Assembly (NCBI GenBank): GCA_046538485.1
Contig: JBKHIT010000009.1
Span: forward strand, 42,790 to 106,789
Length of the DNA stretch: 64,000 nt
Direction: 5' to 3'
DNA from: Candidatus Brocadiia bacterium
GTDB taxonomy: Bacteria; Planctomycetota; Brocadiia; SM23-32
Within the stretch, counting starts at the first letter, position 1. Every line of letters starts with the position of its first letter. The notes below the pieces were generated by a model. The model saw only the letters and a list, made by a program, of their open reading frames with translations. It was not told where the DNA came from and did not search any database. The position numbers and the translations under genes were made by a program. Below, piece by piece: positions 47,421 through 57,586 of this stretch.

Positions 47421-50400
47421 GTGTTCGAAGAGCCCAATCCTTCCCATGATAGAATACAGATAGGGATGTTTGGCAAACATCCCGCTTGGGACGGTTTCTT
47501 CAGTGTCGGCCTGGAATCCGATATTCTCGCGCGGGTTCGGAGTGATTCCCTCGTTCAGGCGATGAGTGAAAGTGTTCTATCTGACGTATGGGACAGCGAA
47601 GATGAAAATGTTGTGCAGGACATGTCGGATCGATTTTTCATCTGGGATAGACTGGCGGAGACAGTGGTGGGACTGGGTTGGCCATCAGAGGATTCTGAGG
47701 GGCAGCCGTTCCCTGTCTTTGTCTGCGTTGAGATTTTCGGGCAGGATCGTATGTTTACCGTGCCTATTCTCCAGCCTCACCTGCTGAAACTGCAGAAACA
47801 AATTAAGGCAGCAGAATCTCTCGCTCAGGTAAAATCTGCGCGAGAGAACGTCCTCTCCGGAGTGCGGCAAGCCGTCAGGGATCGGAACATTTCGGATATG
47901 ACCGCAAAACTTTTCGGCGAGACGGAGGCGATCGTCCATGTAGCAAAAAGTCTGGGTGAAGAAACCTCCGAAGAGCTCGAACGGGTATTTTACAAGATAG
48001 GTGAAGTAGGAGGACATTTTCTACCGGATGTTTATGGGGAAGCCGTGGAGAAAGGGATTCCTCCGGCTCCGGTTTCCCTGCGGCTTCCTCGACCGACGAA
48101 GAAGCCCTTCAATGCTGCCCGTATCTGGATTCAGTTTTTCCGATCCCAGATCGGGCAGACAGCTCCCGTACTCCTTCTGGCCCCTGTCAAAAAGCATTGG
48201 GTCCATGCCGTTCTTGGGGAAGCTAACGAAGAAGAACTGTATTACCCAGTGTCCGCCCTGGAGGAGATTCCACTCGTCACAGAAGTGACTTACGAGATGG
48301 GGGAATCTTTCCGGGCAGAAGTTAGAAAGAGAGTCCGCTCGGCTGAAAGCGAGAGGGATTTGCCGCTTTCAATCTTTGATGAAATTGATACGGAGGAACC
48401 AAAGAAGGGGCGTATTGGCGACGAAAAGCAAGTGGAAGAAAAAAAAACCGGCGGCTTGCGTCGTCTGGGTATCTGGTATGCACTGGCGGTTTTGGCCATT
48501 GTAATAACAATAGGGGCGATATATATCCGTTCCAACTTTTTCAGCGAAGAGTCCGAGCCGGGTTCGTTTCCGGAATGGCGAAATTTGTGCGAAGCAGACT
48601 GCAATTGGTTTGGTCAGTTCAGAGAAGAAGCAGAGGCCAGACTGGAGAACTGGGACCGGGACCCCTGGCTTGCGGAGAATATAGTGGGCCGTTTGAGGTT
48701 GGCGACGGAAGCGGATACTCAGTTGCGACCAAGACGGATTATAGACCGGCCGCAGGGCGATTCATGCAAGTGGAAGGATCGGGAGCAGATCCCGGAGAAG
48801 GCACGGGATCGTGTTTCTGAAGTGCGATGGGCCTGGGAAAGTGTGAAAGCAATCGGGGAGACTATCGAGTCGGCTTCGGAAGAATGGCCCCGGTTAAAAA
48901 CGCTGTCGAATTTCAGAAGGCGATGCGAAAAGCTGGGGTTGGAAAATACTGCAGGGCGGCTTCAGACCTTATTGGAAGCGTTGAGGCCATGCCCGGAGGC
49001 AGTGGGGGCGTTGGATAATCTCCTTAATTTTCCGCTTCCTCCGAAGAATGCGCCGGTAGAGACGGCCTCTTTGCTTGAGAAGCGATATGGTTTTCTAACG
49101 GATGGAGTTTTGGTTGATCTGATTACTTTCGGAGCGCGTGCCGCAGATAAAAAAGGGCCCCGGCAACTGGTTGAGTTTTTAAAGTCAGAGAGGGATGACC
49201 TGGCCGATGTCGAGACGCGAGCCATAGCAATGAAGGAGCGCATGGCTGAATTGAAACGGGAAAGCGGGGCGGAAGTAATGGCCCTCGTTGAGAAAGAGGT
49301 GGTCAAGGTTGATGAGGTCGCCAGACTGACCGAAGCGTTGAAGGAAATAGAAAGCAAACTGGGGACGATTCAGAACCGTTGGAAAGACGCTGTGAATCTG
49401 GCGGATAAAATGCCGATACCCCGGCCCGACCAGTGTTTGAAGGATGAACTCGGCCAGCCGAAAACCCTTTCGCAATTCGAGCAAAAAGTGGAAGGCTTGC
49501 TGGCGGTTTTAAACGAACTGAAGAAAAATCTGGAAGAATTGGGTAAGATTAGTAAAAAACTAAAAGAACGAAAGGAAGCTTCGGACATCGTCGATAAGTT
49601 TGCCAATTATTTTGAGGGACAGATGAAAGCACGGCCGGAGGAGGGGTTGGAGCGTTTCAGGGACAGAATACAGGAGACGATCCATCTCGGAGAGGAATTG
49701 GTAGGCTTCTTGGAAGGTGAGTGGCGCAATCCCGGGTTTGCTGGGGTGCTGTTCCTGAAAAGCGAAGATGTGTCTGTGGGGCCTGAGGGGCTCAATGCGT
49801 ATACCATCGAAGCGTGGTTGAAGCGAAAGAATGGCTATTACTGGTTGGAGGGGTTTCCGGCTACGAGACAACAATGGGAGAAGGATCTGGAAAAAACAGG
49901 CGATATGCTGAAAAAGGTGGCAAAGAATTTCGAATCCGGCGACAAGGAACTGAAGCAAAAATACGAACAGGTAAAAGAAGAATATGAAGGCTTGAGTAAG
50001 AAAATCACCCGGTTACCCCATGGCATTCGTGCAAACCGCAAGGATATTATGCCACTTGTGAAGCCCCTTAAAACCGACCTTGCGAAGATGCGTGAAAAGG
50101 TTCGGGGGCTGATGTGGTTGGAGCTTCAGAGAAGAGACGAAATCGTAGAGCGAAAGCCTTATGTTAATGAACAATGGAAGAGCCGGCGAAACGCTATCCT
50201 GGAAGAGTTTAAAACCAGTAAACCGATTAAACAGGAACAGTATAAACGTGTAAAAGAGCGAATTGAAAAACTAAAAACGCGCCTGAAACATGTGGCCGAT
50301 CAACTTCCTGCTCGCCGCCGCATGGAGTCAAAAGAGGACTGGCAGAAGAAGCTTGCTGGGATTTTGTTGGAATACCGGAAGAACCGCGTGGAAAGTTTTT

Positions 50401-51692
50401 TTAATAAGCATGTGCATTGGCAGGGGAATGTTCCGGGACCGGTTGAAAAGTATGAAGCTAAACTGATTGAGCTATCAAAAGGTTTGAAAAATGCGGCAGA
50501 TTCCATCGTTATTGTTGTTGGACTGGAGGAGAAACTTCAGGTGCCGGAGGCGAAGGGAGAAGCTACGTGGCGAAAGCAGCTGGCCAGTGCGGTCCAGCAG
50601 AGGAAACGAACCCTCGTGCAGGAATTAGTAGAGTTTGTTACGGAGAAGGTGAAACGGGGCCAGGAATTTTCACCGCAACAAACCAGAGAACGTGTATCAG
50701 CGCTGGCAGATGAATTTGAGAAGTGGCAGAAGGCGTTGGGGGCAAAGCTGAAAGCGGCACCGAAGACAGGCCCACACACAGTCGAGTGGGCCAACTGGGA
50801 ACAGGACCTGAGCAATTTTCCCAAACGTCTGCGCTACGTGTGGCGTGATGGGCAGGGTGAAGTAAGGCACGAACTGGCTTTCGAGCGGGTGGAGCCGAAG
50901 GAGGGGAAACCGGCCTACCTGTGTACCACGGAGGTCTCAGTGGGGTTGTTTGTGGATGTGATAGAGCAGGCCAAACAATGGGAAAACTTCCACGATCATC
51001 TACATAAAAATGATATCTGGATGGGCCCGAAGCCCTGGCGTTGGGCTGGAGAAAGCAAGAAGAAAATCCGGCCAGCTACGGGAAAGGAAAAAGAGGGGTG
51101 GCTCCCAATGGATATCGTGACGGTTCCGGCGAGCTGGAATCCCTACCCTGAGGCAGTGAAAATCGTACCCCCCGGTAAGGAGAGTCCGATCAACTACATT
51201 TCGGCGCAAGGTGCCCAGAACTTCGCCAGTTTGCTGGGATGTGATTTGCCGAAACCTTCCTGGTGGAAAGTGGCTTATGAGAGGGGAAAGACCGGGAAAA
51301 AAAACGTAGCCAGGAGATGGAATCTGCGGGATCAAACCTGTGATGAAATGAGAAAACACATCATTAGTGAACCTCCCTCTGTTCCCGAGATGCAGAAGTC
51401 CCTGCGTATATTCGAGCAAATGAGCCCGAAAAAGATATACCAATGGAATGACGGGACACTGTGGTTCGATCCGGTGGAATCCAGAGAGATTGCCCCTGTT
51501 TACCATCTTCGGGGAAACGTGGCCGAATTGGTAAAATCGGGAAGCGTATACTACGTGATGGGTGAGTCGGCGCTATCTCCCAGGTCTGGAAAACCAGAAA
51601 AGAAATATCAGGTGAAGGAAAACGCCGCCTATATGGATGTCGGATTCCGTCTCGGCTTGCCTGCTGGAGGCGATTCGGCGACGCAGCGATGA
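47421..51692 (+). CDS. Large membrane protein: TagF-like N-domain, one TM helix, long helical/coiled-coil region, C-terminal FGE-sulfatase-like domain
   Basis: GMFGKHPAWDGF and WPSEDSEGQPFP (TagF-like); TM IWYALAVLAIVITIGAIYI; TEVS, PINYIS..GA..FA..LG.DLP...W, HLRGNVAE, DVGFRL (FGE-like); GTG start after AAGGGG. Confidence 0.72.
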   Translation: MFEEPNPSHDRIQIGMFGKHPAWDGFFSVGLESDILARVRSDSLVQAMSESVLSDVWDSEDENVVQDMSDRFFIWDRLAETVVGLGWPSEDSEGQPFPVFVCVEIFGQDRMFTVPILQPHLLKLQKQIKAAESLAQVKSARENVLSGVRQAVRDRNISDMTAKLFGETEAIVHVAKSLGEETSEELERVFYKIGEVGGHFLPDVYGEAVEKGIPPAPVSLRLPRPTKKPFNAARIWIQFFRSQIGQTAPVLLLAPVKKHWVHAVLGEANEEELYYPVSALEEIPLVTEVTYEMGESFRAEVRKRVRSAESERDLPLSIFDEIDTEEPKKGRIGDEKQVEEKKTGGLRRLGIWYALAVLAIVITIGAIYIRSNFFSEESEPGSFPEWRNLCEADCNWFGQFREEAEARLENWDRDPWLAENIVGRLRLATEADTQLRPRRIIDRPQGDSCKWKDREQIPEKARDRVSEVRWAWESVKAIGETIESASEEWPRLKTLSNFRRRCEKLGLENTAGRLQTLLEALRPCPEAVGALDNLLNFPLPPKNAPVETASLLEKRYGFLTDGVLVDLITFGARAADKKGPRQLVEFLKSERDDLADVETRAIAMKERMAELKRESGAEVMALVEKEVVKVDEVARLTEALKEIESKLGTIQNRWKDAVNLADKMPIPRPDQCLKDELGQPKTLSQFEQKVEGLLAVLNELKKNLEELGKISKKLKERKEASDIVDKFANYFEGQMKARPEEGLERFRDRIQETIHLGEELVGFLEGEWRNPGFAGVLFLKSEDVSVGPEGLNAYTIEAWLKRKNGYYWLEGFPATRQQWEKDLEKTGDMLKKVAKNFESGDKELKQKYEQVKEEYEGLSKKITRLPHGIRANRKDIMPLVKPLKTDLAKMREKVRGLMWLELQRRDEIVERKPYVNEQWKSRRNAILEEFKTSKPIKQEQYKRVKERIEKLKTRLKHVADQLPARRRMESKEDWQKKLAGILLEYRKNRVESFFNKHVHWQGNVPGPVEKYEAKLIELSKGLKNAADSIVIVVGLEEKLQVPEAKGEATWRKQLASAVQQRKRTLVQELVEFVTEKVKRGQEFSPQQTRERVSALADEFEKWQKALGAKLKAAPKTGPHTVEWANWEQDLSNFPKRLRYVWRDGQGEVRHELAFERVEPKEGKPAYLCTTEVSVGLFVDVIEQAKQWENFHDHLHKNDIWMGPKPWRWAGESKKKIRPATGKEKEGWLPMDIVTVPASWNPYPEAVKIVPPGKESPINYISAQGAQNFASLLGCDLPKPSWWKVAYERGKTGKKNVARRWNLRDQTCDEMRKHIISEPPSVPEMQKSLRIFEQMSPKKIYQWNDGTLWFDPVESREIAPVYHLRGNVAELVKSGSVYYVMGESALSPRSGKPEKKYQVKENAAYMDVGFRLGLPAGGDSATQR

Positions 51693-52031
51693 AGGGCATC
51701 GCGGGAAAGGTGAAGTGAACAGTGTCGCATTTTCGGTATCCGCCCGCCGACCATCGGAACAATTTACGCGGTTCAAAACAATCATCTGTGATGCTATCCC
51801 GCATTATTTCAAGCCCCCTCAGCGCCGGATAGGGGCGGAGGGCAAAGGCGGGTGAGCTATTTCCCGTGAGGTTACAGTTACGGCCCGGATGCCTTTTGCG
51901 ACCGCGCCGGAAATGTTAGTGAGTGATCTGTGAGGCGAAAAATACCGGTAGATCGAGGGGCTGAGCACGGTGGTGGGTTCCGTTGTGCGTTGCCAGCAGG
52001 AAGCAGGGGTGCTTCCTTAAATTCCCTGAGT

Positions 52032-52967
52032 TTAGTTATCAGAGGGCGCCACGGTGACCAGTTTGTTGAAGCGGAGATCGATGTATTTCAAGTTTTTCAG
52101 CTGCGGGTATTCGGCGAGTGTTTTCTTCAGCATGGCAATTTTCTGATCGTCGGGAGGATCTCTGTATTTCTCACTTTCCGGCAGGGCCAGGCCGTCGATC
52201 TGTTGATAGGCTTCAAGGGTTCCCCATTTTATGGGCGGACCGTTGAGGGTCTGTATGATGATGTCAGGTTCCGAATCGTATGTTCCCACGTCGGTCACGT
52301 CGATATGTTTCATCGGTATTTGCGCTACGATTGAATTTTTGCCCAGCAGTTGTGTCAGGCGAGCCCCAACCGCCAGCGCTGTGCCATTCCATGCTCGATC
52401 CGAAGGGGGATGTTGAGTGAGACCCTTGTGAATGATGACAGGCGGTGTGTGTTGTTTCCAGGCTTCAGGGGGGCGATAGAGACGTTTCGGCAACCAGTAC
52501 CCATCCGGATCGACCAGGTAACGTTTGTCATTAATTTCGACAATTCCAGCGGGTTTTCGGAATACGAGGTTGACACTGAGTCGGTTGGGCAAAACTCGCT
52601 GCACTCGTTTTACATCGACGACCCAGGGCGCTTCGCGCAGTTTTTGTTGGGCGCGGTAGCAGAGTTGTTTATCGAATATGGTAGATCCTTCGGTCACCGT
52701 GCGCAGTTTGTCCCGAAGTTCTTGAAGCATTTCGATTTTTCGCACGCATGGCGGACGTGACTGAAAAGTTATGGTCGATGGGCTGAGGACGAATTCAGGT
52801 CGTTTGTTGAGGGCACTGGCGGCCGACCGAATACCCAGACTTGTCCCCAGACCTATCAGTGTAACGATTCCGAGGGGCAGAACAATTCGGAGCAGACCGA
52901 ATCGTGCGGCGTGGAGGGCTGTGTCTTTTTTGCTACTGGATTTGCTGGATTTTTTCTTTTTTGCCAT
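52032..52967 (-). CDS. ftsQ: Cell division protein FtsQ/DivIB-like
   Basis: Basic N-terminus, one TM, PWVVDVKRVQRVLPNRL.V....RKP, C-terminal YIDLRF; directly after ddl. Confidence 0.75.
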   Translation of the reverse strand: MAKKKKSSKSSSKKDTALHAARFGLLRIVLPLGIVTLIGLGTSLGIRSAASALNKRPEFVLSPSTITFQSRPPCVRKIEMLQELRDKLRTVTEGSTIFDKQLCYRAQQKLREAPWVVDVKRVQRVLPNRLSVNLVFRKPAGIVEINDKRYLVDPDGYWLPKRLYRPPEAWKQHTPPVIIHKGLTQHPPSDRAWNGTALAVGARLTQLLGKNSIVAQIPMKHIDVTDVGTYDSEPDIIIQTLNGPPIKWGTLEAYQQIDGLALPESEKYRDPPDDQKIAMLKKTLAEYPQLKNLKYIDLRFNKLVTVAPSDN

Positions 52968-52982
52968 TTTTATTTGTTTTTA

Positions 52983-53972
52983 TCAAGCGGTTCGTTTTTT
53001 TCGTTTGACGTGTGTTTTCGGCTGATGCTGTGCGTCATGGAATGCCATTTCGGCAATTCGTTCGCAAAGATCGTTAAACTCATAACCGGCGTGGCTGGCG
53101 GCCATCGGCAGGAGGCTTCTTTCTGTAAATCCGGGAATTGTGTTGACTTCCAGAACGTACAGCCGGGCATCATAGCCATAAATTATGTCTGTACGGGCAA
53201 AATGCCGACATCCCAGGGCGTCCCAGGACCTTTTCGCGATATCGAGAGTTTTGCGGTAAATGCTTTCCAGTAGAGCGACAGGAAGGATATAGTGGGTGTT
53301 TTCATCCTTGTATTTAGCGTCGTAATCGAAGAACGACCGGTCGCTTCGGATCTCGATGGCCGGCAGTGGCTCTCCATCCAAAATGCCGACAGTGAGTTCG
53401 CGTCCATGGATGTGCTGTTCGAGAAGGATCGGGCCGGCCGGGTCGTGGTCTGAAGCTTCGCGGCTCGCGGCGATTGCTTCTGCGAGATCTTCTTCCGACC
53501 TGACGATACTGACTCCGATGCTGGAACCTCCGGTGGTGGGTTTACAAACCAGAGGGTAGCCGATGTTGACGGCCAGTTTTTCGGCTTCGTCTTGATCTAC
53601 CGGTGGCTGTAGGACGGTGTAGTCGGGTGTTGGGACGGCATTTCGGACGAACGCGCGTTTTGAAGCGAGTTTGTCCATGCCGATCCGGCTGGCTTCCGAA
53701 GCGCTGCCGGTGTACGGGATGCCGCGTTCTTCGAGCAGGGTCTGGATGCCTCCATCTTCCCCGAATTTGCCATGGAGGGCAATGAAAGCCAAATCGGGAT
53801 TGATGTTCTGGAGCCCGTTGAGTTTCCTATCCCTGACATCAAAAGGGATGACCTGGTGTCCACGTTGTTCAAGCGCTTTGGCAATAGCGCGACCGGATTT
53901 GAAGGAAACCGCTCGTTCGTTGCTGACACCGCCCATAAGAACTGCAATTTTTAGTTCTTTTTTCAATTTCAT
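52983..53972 (-). CDS. ddl: D-alanine--D-alanine ligase
   Basis: VLMGGVSNERAVS, LHGKFGEDG, GSSIG, DYDAKY, EVNTIPG; AAAGGAG SD. Confidence 0.96.
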   Translation of the reverse strand: MKLKKELKIAVLMGGVSNERAVSFKSGRAIAKALEQRGHQVIPFDVRDRKLNGLQNINPDLAFIALHGKFGEDGGIQTLLEERGIPYTGSASEASRIGMDKLASKRAFVRNAVPTPDYTVLQPPVDQDEAEKLAVNIGYPLVCKPTTGGSSIGVSIVRSEEDLAEAIAASREASDHDPAGPILLEQHIHGRELTVGILDGEPLPAIEIRSDRSFFDYDAKYKDENTHYILPVALLESIYRKTLDIAKRSWDALGCRHFARTDIIYGYDARLYVLEVNTIPGFTERSLLPMAASHAGYEFNDLCERIAEMAFHDAQHQPKTHVKRKKRTA

Positions 53973-53998
53973 ATCGTGTATGAGTTCTCCTTTATAGA

Positions 53999-54880
53999 TT
54001 AAGCGACTTTTGACTGACCGGGCCAATGTTTCAATTCCAATTCAAGCTCAACTCCAAAACTTTCGCGCACTATATTTTTTACAGTTTCGATAAGTTGGAT
54101 CACATCCCTGCTGCTTGCTTGTGCCATGTTGCAAATAAAATTTGCGTGAACCGGGGAAATTTCGGCTCCTCCCACGCGCGAGCCTTTCAGACCACAAAGA
54201 TCAATCAACTTTCCCGCTGAGCGTGTCGGCGGGTTCTTAAAAACACAACCTGCGCTCGGATTCCCCGTTGGGTGGCGTTTTCCTTTTTTCTGGGCGTTTT
54301 GGGCCACAGCACGCGCGATTAACTCGGGGCTCCGAGGCTCAAGTTCCAGTTCCGCTTCGGTGATAATAAAATCTCTGACGTCACAGGTTCGGTAGCCAAA
54401 ATTCATTTCTGAAGGTGAGAGTTCCTGGTATTCCCCATCGGGTGTCATAGTCCAGACTCTGGAAATACGCTCGGAAATATCGGATCCCCAGGCGCCGGCA
54501 TTGCCTGCGATTGCTCCTCCGAGTGTGCCGGGGATACCTGCAAGGAACTCCAGGCCCCCGAGTGAATCTTTCTGTGCGCTGCTCAGAAGTTTTCCGAGAC
54601 GGACGCCCGCGCCGACTCGCAGGGTGTTTTTTCCGCTTCTTTTAATCCAGGAGAAACCCGGTGAGCACATATGCAGAACAGCGAAGGGCAGGGGACCGTC
54701 ATCGATGAGAAGGTTTGAACCCCCACCGAGTACACGGAAGGAGATGGAACGGTCCCGGATAGCTTCCAGTGCCTGGCGCAGTTGCTGTTCGTCCGCGGGA
54801 CGTACGTAGAGACGGGGTTTCCCCCCGATGCGAAAAGTCGTATGTTTTTTAAGCGGTGGATTGTGGATTTTTTTTGCCAT
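53999..54880 (-). CDS. murB: UDP-N-acetylenolpyruvoylglucosamine reductase
   Basis: HTTFRIGG, LGGGSNLL, GIPGTLGGA..NAGA, SAGCVFKNP, HANFI. Confidence 0.96.
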   Translation of the reverse strand: MAKKIHNPPLKKHTTFRIGGKPRLYVRPADEQQLRQALEAIRDRSISFRVLGGGSNLLIDDGPLPFAVLHMCSPGFSWIKRSGKNTLRVGAGVRLGKLLSSAQKDSLGGLEFLAGIPGTLGGAIAGNAGAWGSDISERISRVWTMTPDGEYQELSPSEMNFGYRTCDVRDFIITEAELELEPRSPELIARAVAQNAQKKGKRHPTGNPSAGCVFKNPPTRSAGKLIDLCGLKGSRVGGAEISPVHANFICNMAQASSRDVIQLIETVKNIVRESFGVELELELKHWPGQSKVA

Positions 54881-54902
54881 ATGTTCTGTGTTGGTATGAC
54901 TG

Positions 54903-56333
54903 TTACGCGGCGACCTGACGGCGGCCTTTTTCTTCGATTCGCGGGACGATGTTCCGGGCGACTTGCCAGATATTTCCGGCGCCCATTACCAGCACGACGT
55001 CTTCTGGAACGACGTCACCCACGATGATTTCTTCAATATCTTCAAATTCCGGGACATAGTGAGCGCACATGCCTTTGTGGTTCATGAGTCTCACGAGATC
55101 CATTGCGCTTACCGAACGGCGGTCTTCTTCGGTATCGCGGGCTGCGTAGATATCTGTGATTAGCGTGACCCACGATTCGCGGAGTGCTTCGGAGAAATCG
55201 TCAAGCATCGCTCGGGTTCGGGAGTATTGATGGGGTTGGAAAATGCAGAAGACCCTTCGTTTGGGGAAACGTTGTTGGGCGGCAGCAAGACTGGCTTTTA
55301 TCTCACTGGGATGATGTGCATAGTCGCTAAGAACCGCCACATTCCAGGGCTCCCCGAGGAGCTGGAGTCGGCGAGCTGCGCCTTCGAAGGTGCTCACGTG
55401 CTCACGAATATCATCGAAATCCATGCCGGCCTGATGGCAGACTCCGATAGCAGCGAGCGCATTGTAGACATTGTGACTTCCGTACAGTTTAATTGAGAAG
55501 CGGCCCTGGTTTTCGCCCTTGAACATGAGATCGAAATTCGTGTGCTTTTTGGCACGCCAGATTCTTTCCGCGCGGTAATCTGTCCCCTCCGTATCGACCG
55601 AAAAACTGAGGACATTGCAATCGGCAGAATTTCCCAGACCGTCGCTGTTTTTATCGTCGGCATTGATCAATAAGAAACCATCGGGATGAATTTGCTCCGC
55701 GAAGTCAGAGAAAGCCTGTCGGATGTCCCAAAGATCGTAGTAGTAGTCGGTATGTTCGAGGTCAACGTTTGTAATCACGCCGATATGGGGTTCAAGATAG
55801 AGGAAGGATCGTCGATACTCACACGCCTCAGCGACGAAGTAATTTCCGATGCCGTAATGCGAACCGCCCCCCAGTTGGGGCACGTCTGCACCGATGAGGT
55901 ACGAAGGATCGAGCCCACCGTTCTGCATTGTATAAGCGACCATGGCAGAGGTGGTGCTTTTCCCGTGAGAGCCCGTGACGGCGAGGCCGGGTTTGGCATC
56001 CATCAGTTCTCCAAGCAATTCCGGGTACTTGACGACCTCAACACCGAGTCGATGAGCTTCGACGAGCTCGGGATTGTCTTCCTGTATCGCCTGGCTGACG
56101 ATGATGCGATTCGTGTTGGACTGGAAATGGGCCGTGTCCTGGTCCAGATCAATAGTGATACCTCTTCGTGTGAGGTCGTCAATCGCAGGCGATGCCTGGA
56201 CGTCTGAACCCGTTATCTGAATCCCTCTTTCTGATGCATAACGAGCGAGTGCCCGCATACCTGTACCAAGAATCCCGACGAAATGCCAGTGTTCCTGGGA
56301 AAAGTCAGCTTTACCATTTTGCGACGTCTGCAT
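54903..56333 (-). CDS. murC: UDP-N-acetylmuramate--L-alanine ligase
   Basis: HFVGI.G.GM, GSHGKSTT, EACEY, DYAHHPSE, FQPHQYSRT, MGAG; alternative start 56348. Confidence 0.95.
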   Translation of the reverse strand: MQTSQNGKADFSQEHWHFVGILGTGMRALARYASERGIQITGSDVQASPAIDDLTRRGITIDLDQDTAHFQSNTNRIIVSQAIQEDNPELVEAHRLGVEVVKYPELLGELMDAKPGLAVTGSHGKSTTSAMVAYTMQNGGLDPSYLIGADVPQLGGGSHYGIGNYFVAEACEYRRSFLYLEPHIGVITNVDLEHTDYYYDLWDIRQAFSDFAEQIHPDGFLLINADDKNSDGLGNSADCNVLSFSVDTEGTDYRAERIWRAKKHTNFDLMFKGENQGRFSIKLYGSHNVYNALAAIGVCHQAGMDFDDIREHVSTFEGAARRLQLLGEPWNVAVLSDYAHHPSEIKASLAAAQQRFPKRRVFCIFQPHQYSRTRAMLDDFSEALRESWVTLITDIYAARDTEEDRRSVSAMDLVRLMNHKGMCAHYVPEFEDIEEIIVGDVVPEDVVLVMGAGNIWQVARNIVPRIEEKGRRQVAA

Positions 56334-56344
56334 TTTCTCCCCTT

Positions 56345-57574
56345 TCATGCGGCTTTGGATACGGTAACTGTTTTTGCTGAGGTCAACGCGTGGATTTTCC
56401 TGACGGCAGTATGTGTTTCCTGTTCTTGGGATGTCACGTGGGACATCTCCACGATCCGCCCTGCAACCCGAAAAGCGGCCAGCGGCCGGGCTATCGCACG
56501 GGCAGACCGACTCATTTTCGCGAGAGTTTGCGGGCTATTTGTGAGCTCCGCTATCAATCCAGCCAGACTGTGTACAGTAAAGTTGCTCTGATCCCTGACC
56601 AAAGCTGCTCCAGCGTCGCGAACGGCCCCGGCGTTCGCGTGCTGATGATTTTCGGTGGCATGAGGGTAGGGAACCAGAATCGATGGGCGACCGGTGGCAA
56701 GAAGTTCAGCAATTGTTGAGGCACCGGCACGTGCCAGCACGAAGTCGGCTGCTGCATAGGCTTCCCCAATTCGATGCATGAATGCGACAGGGCAGTAGGT
56801 GATGCCTGTCGGGGGCATTGTTCTGAGCGCATCCTCGAAATTATTAGGTCCTGTCAGATGAAGTACCTGGAGATTCCCCGACGGGATCAGATCGGAATTT
56901 GCCAGCACTTCCAGCGCTCCTGCTATCAGAAGATTGAGGGCAAATGCGCCCTGTGATCCTCCCATTACCAGCAACGTGGTAAGGTTTGGGTGGAGTCCCA
57001 GACGATGACGGGCCTTTATTGGATTGGCCTCCAAAATCTCACGTCGAATGGGATTCCCGCTCAGTAGGATCGAGCGGGCATTCAGGCGATCAGCCGTTAC
57101 CTCCCATTGGACCTGAACACAATCTACGAGGGGCGCAAGAACTCGTACTACCCGTCCCGGTATAGCATTGCCCTCGAACAACATCGTTCGAATACCAAGC
57201 AGCCGGGCAAGGATAAGCGGTGCCACGCAGCTGTATCCCCCCAGCCCAACGACGACCTGAGGTCGAAAACTGCGAAATACGTCCAGCGCTTTCCCCATTG
57301 CACCGAGACCAGTCCAGGCGAAGCGCGGTTTGTTCAGCAAGCCCCGCCAGCGCGCCGCCGGCATTTCTATAGTGGTGAATCCGTCGATGGCTTTACTACA
57401 AGGGTGGTTGGTATCGCGATGTGTTATCATGAACTTGCACTGCGCTTCGGGGGACATCTCTTTGATGGCTTTTGCCACAGCGGCGCCAGGCATCAAGTGC
57501 CCGCCCGTGCCGCCGCCCGCAAAGAGCACCCGCAGGTTCTCTTCCGTGCCGAAGTATTCATCAAGATTGATCAA
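56345..57574 (-). CDS. murG: Lipid II GlcNAc transferase
   Basis: AGGGTGGH, GLGGY, GNPIR, GGSQGA, RAGAST..E, HQ..NA. Confidence 0.95.
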   Translation of the reverse strand: MINLDEYFGTEENLRVLFAGGGTGGHLMPGAAVAKAIKEMSPEAQCKFMITHRDTNHPCSKAIDGFTTIEMPAARWRGLLNKPRFAWTGLGAMGKALDVFRSFRPQVVVGLGGYSCVAPLILARLLGIRTMLFEGNAIPGRVVRVLAPLVDCVQVQWEVTADRLNARSILLSGNPIRREILEANPIKARHRLGLHPNLTTLLVMGGSQGAFALNLLIAGALEVLANSDLIPSGNLQVLHLTGPNNFEDALRTMPPTGITYCPVAFMHRIGEAYAAADFVLARAGASTIAELLATGRPSILVPYPHATENHQHANAGAVRDAGAALVRDQSNFTVHSLAGLIAELTNSPQTLAKMSRSARAIARPLAAFRVAGRIVEMSHVTSQEQETHTAVRKIHALTSAKTVTVSKAA

Positions 57575-57586
57575 TGCTTGTTCCTT

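Noticed and set aside
47421..51692. Calling a type VI secretion system locus
   Set aside because: No structural T6SS genes in the window; only one TagF-like domain is supported.
51693..52031. Remnant ftsA/ftsZ pseudogene downstream of ftsQ
   Set aside because: No FtsA or FtsZ motifs (such as GGGTGTG) in the available translations of this spacer.
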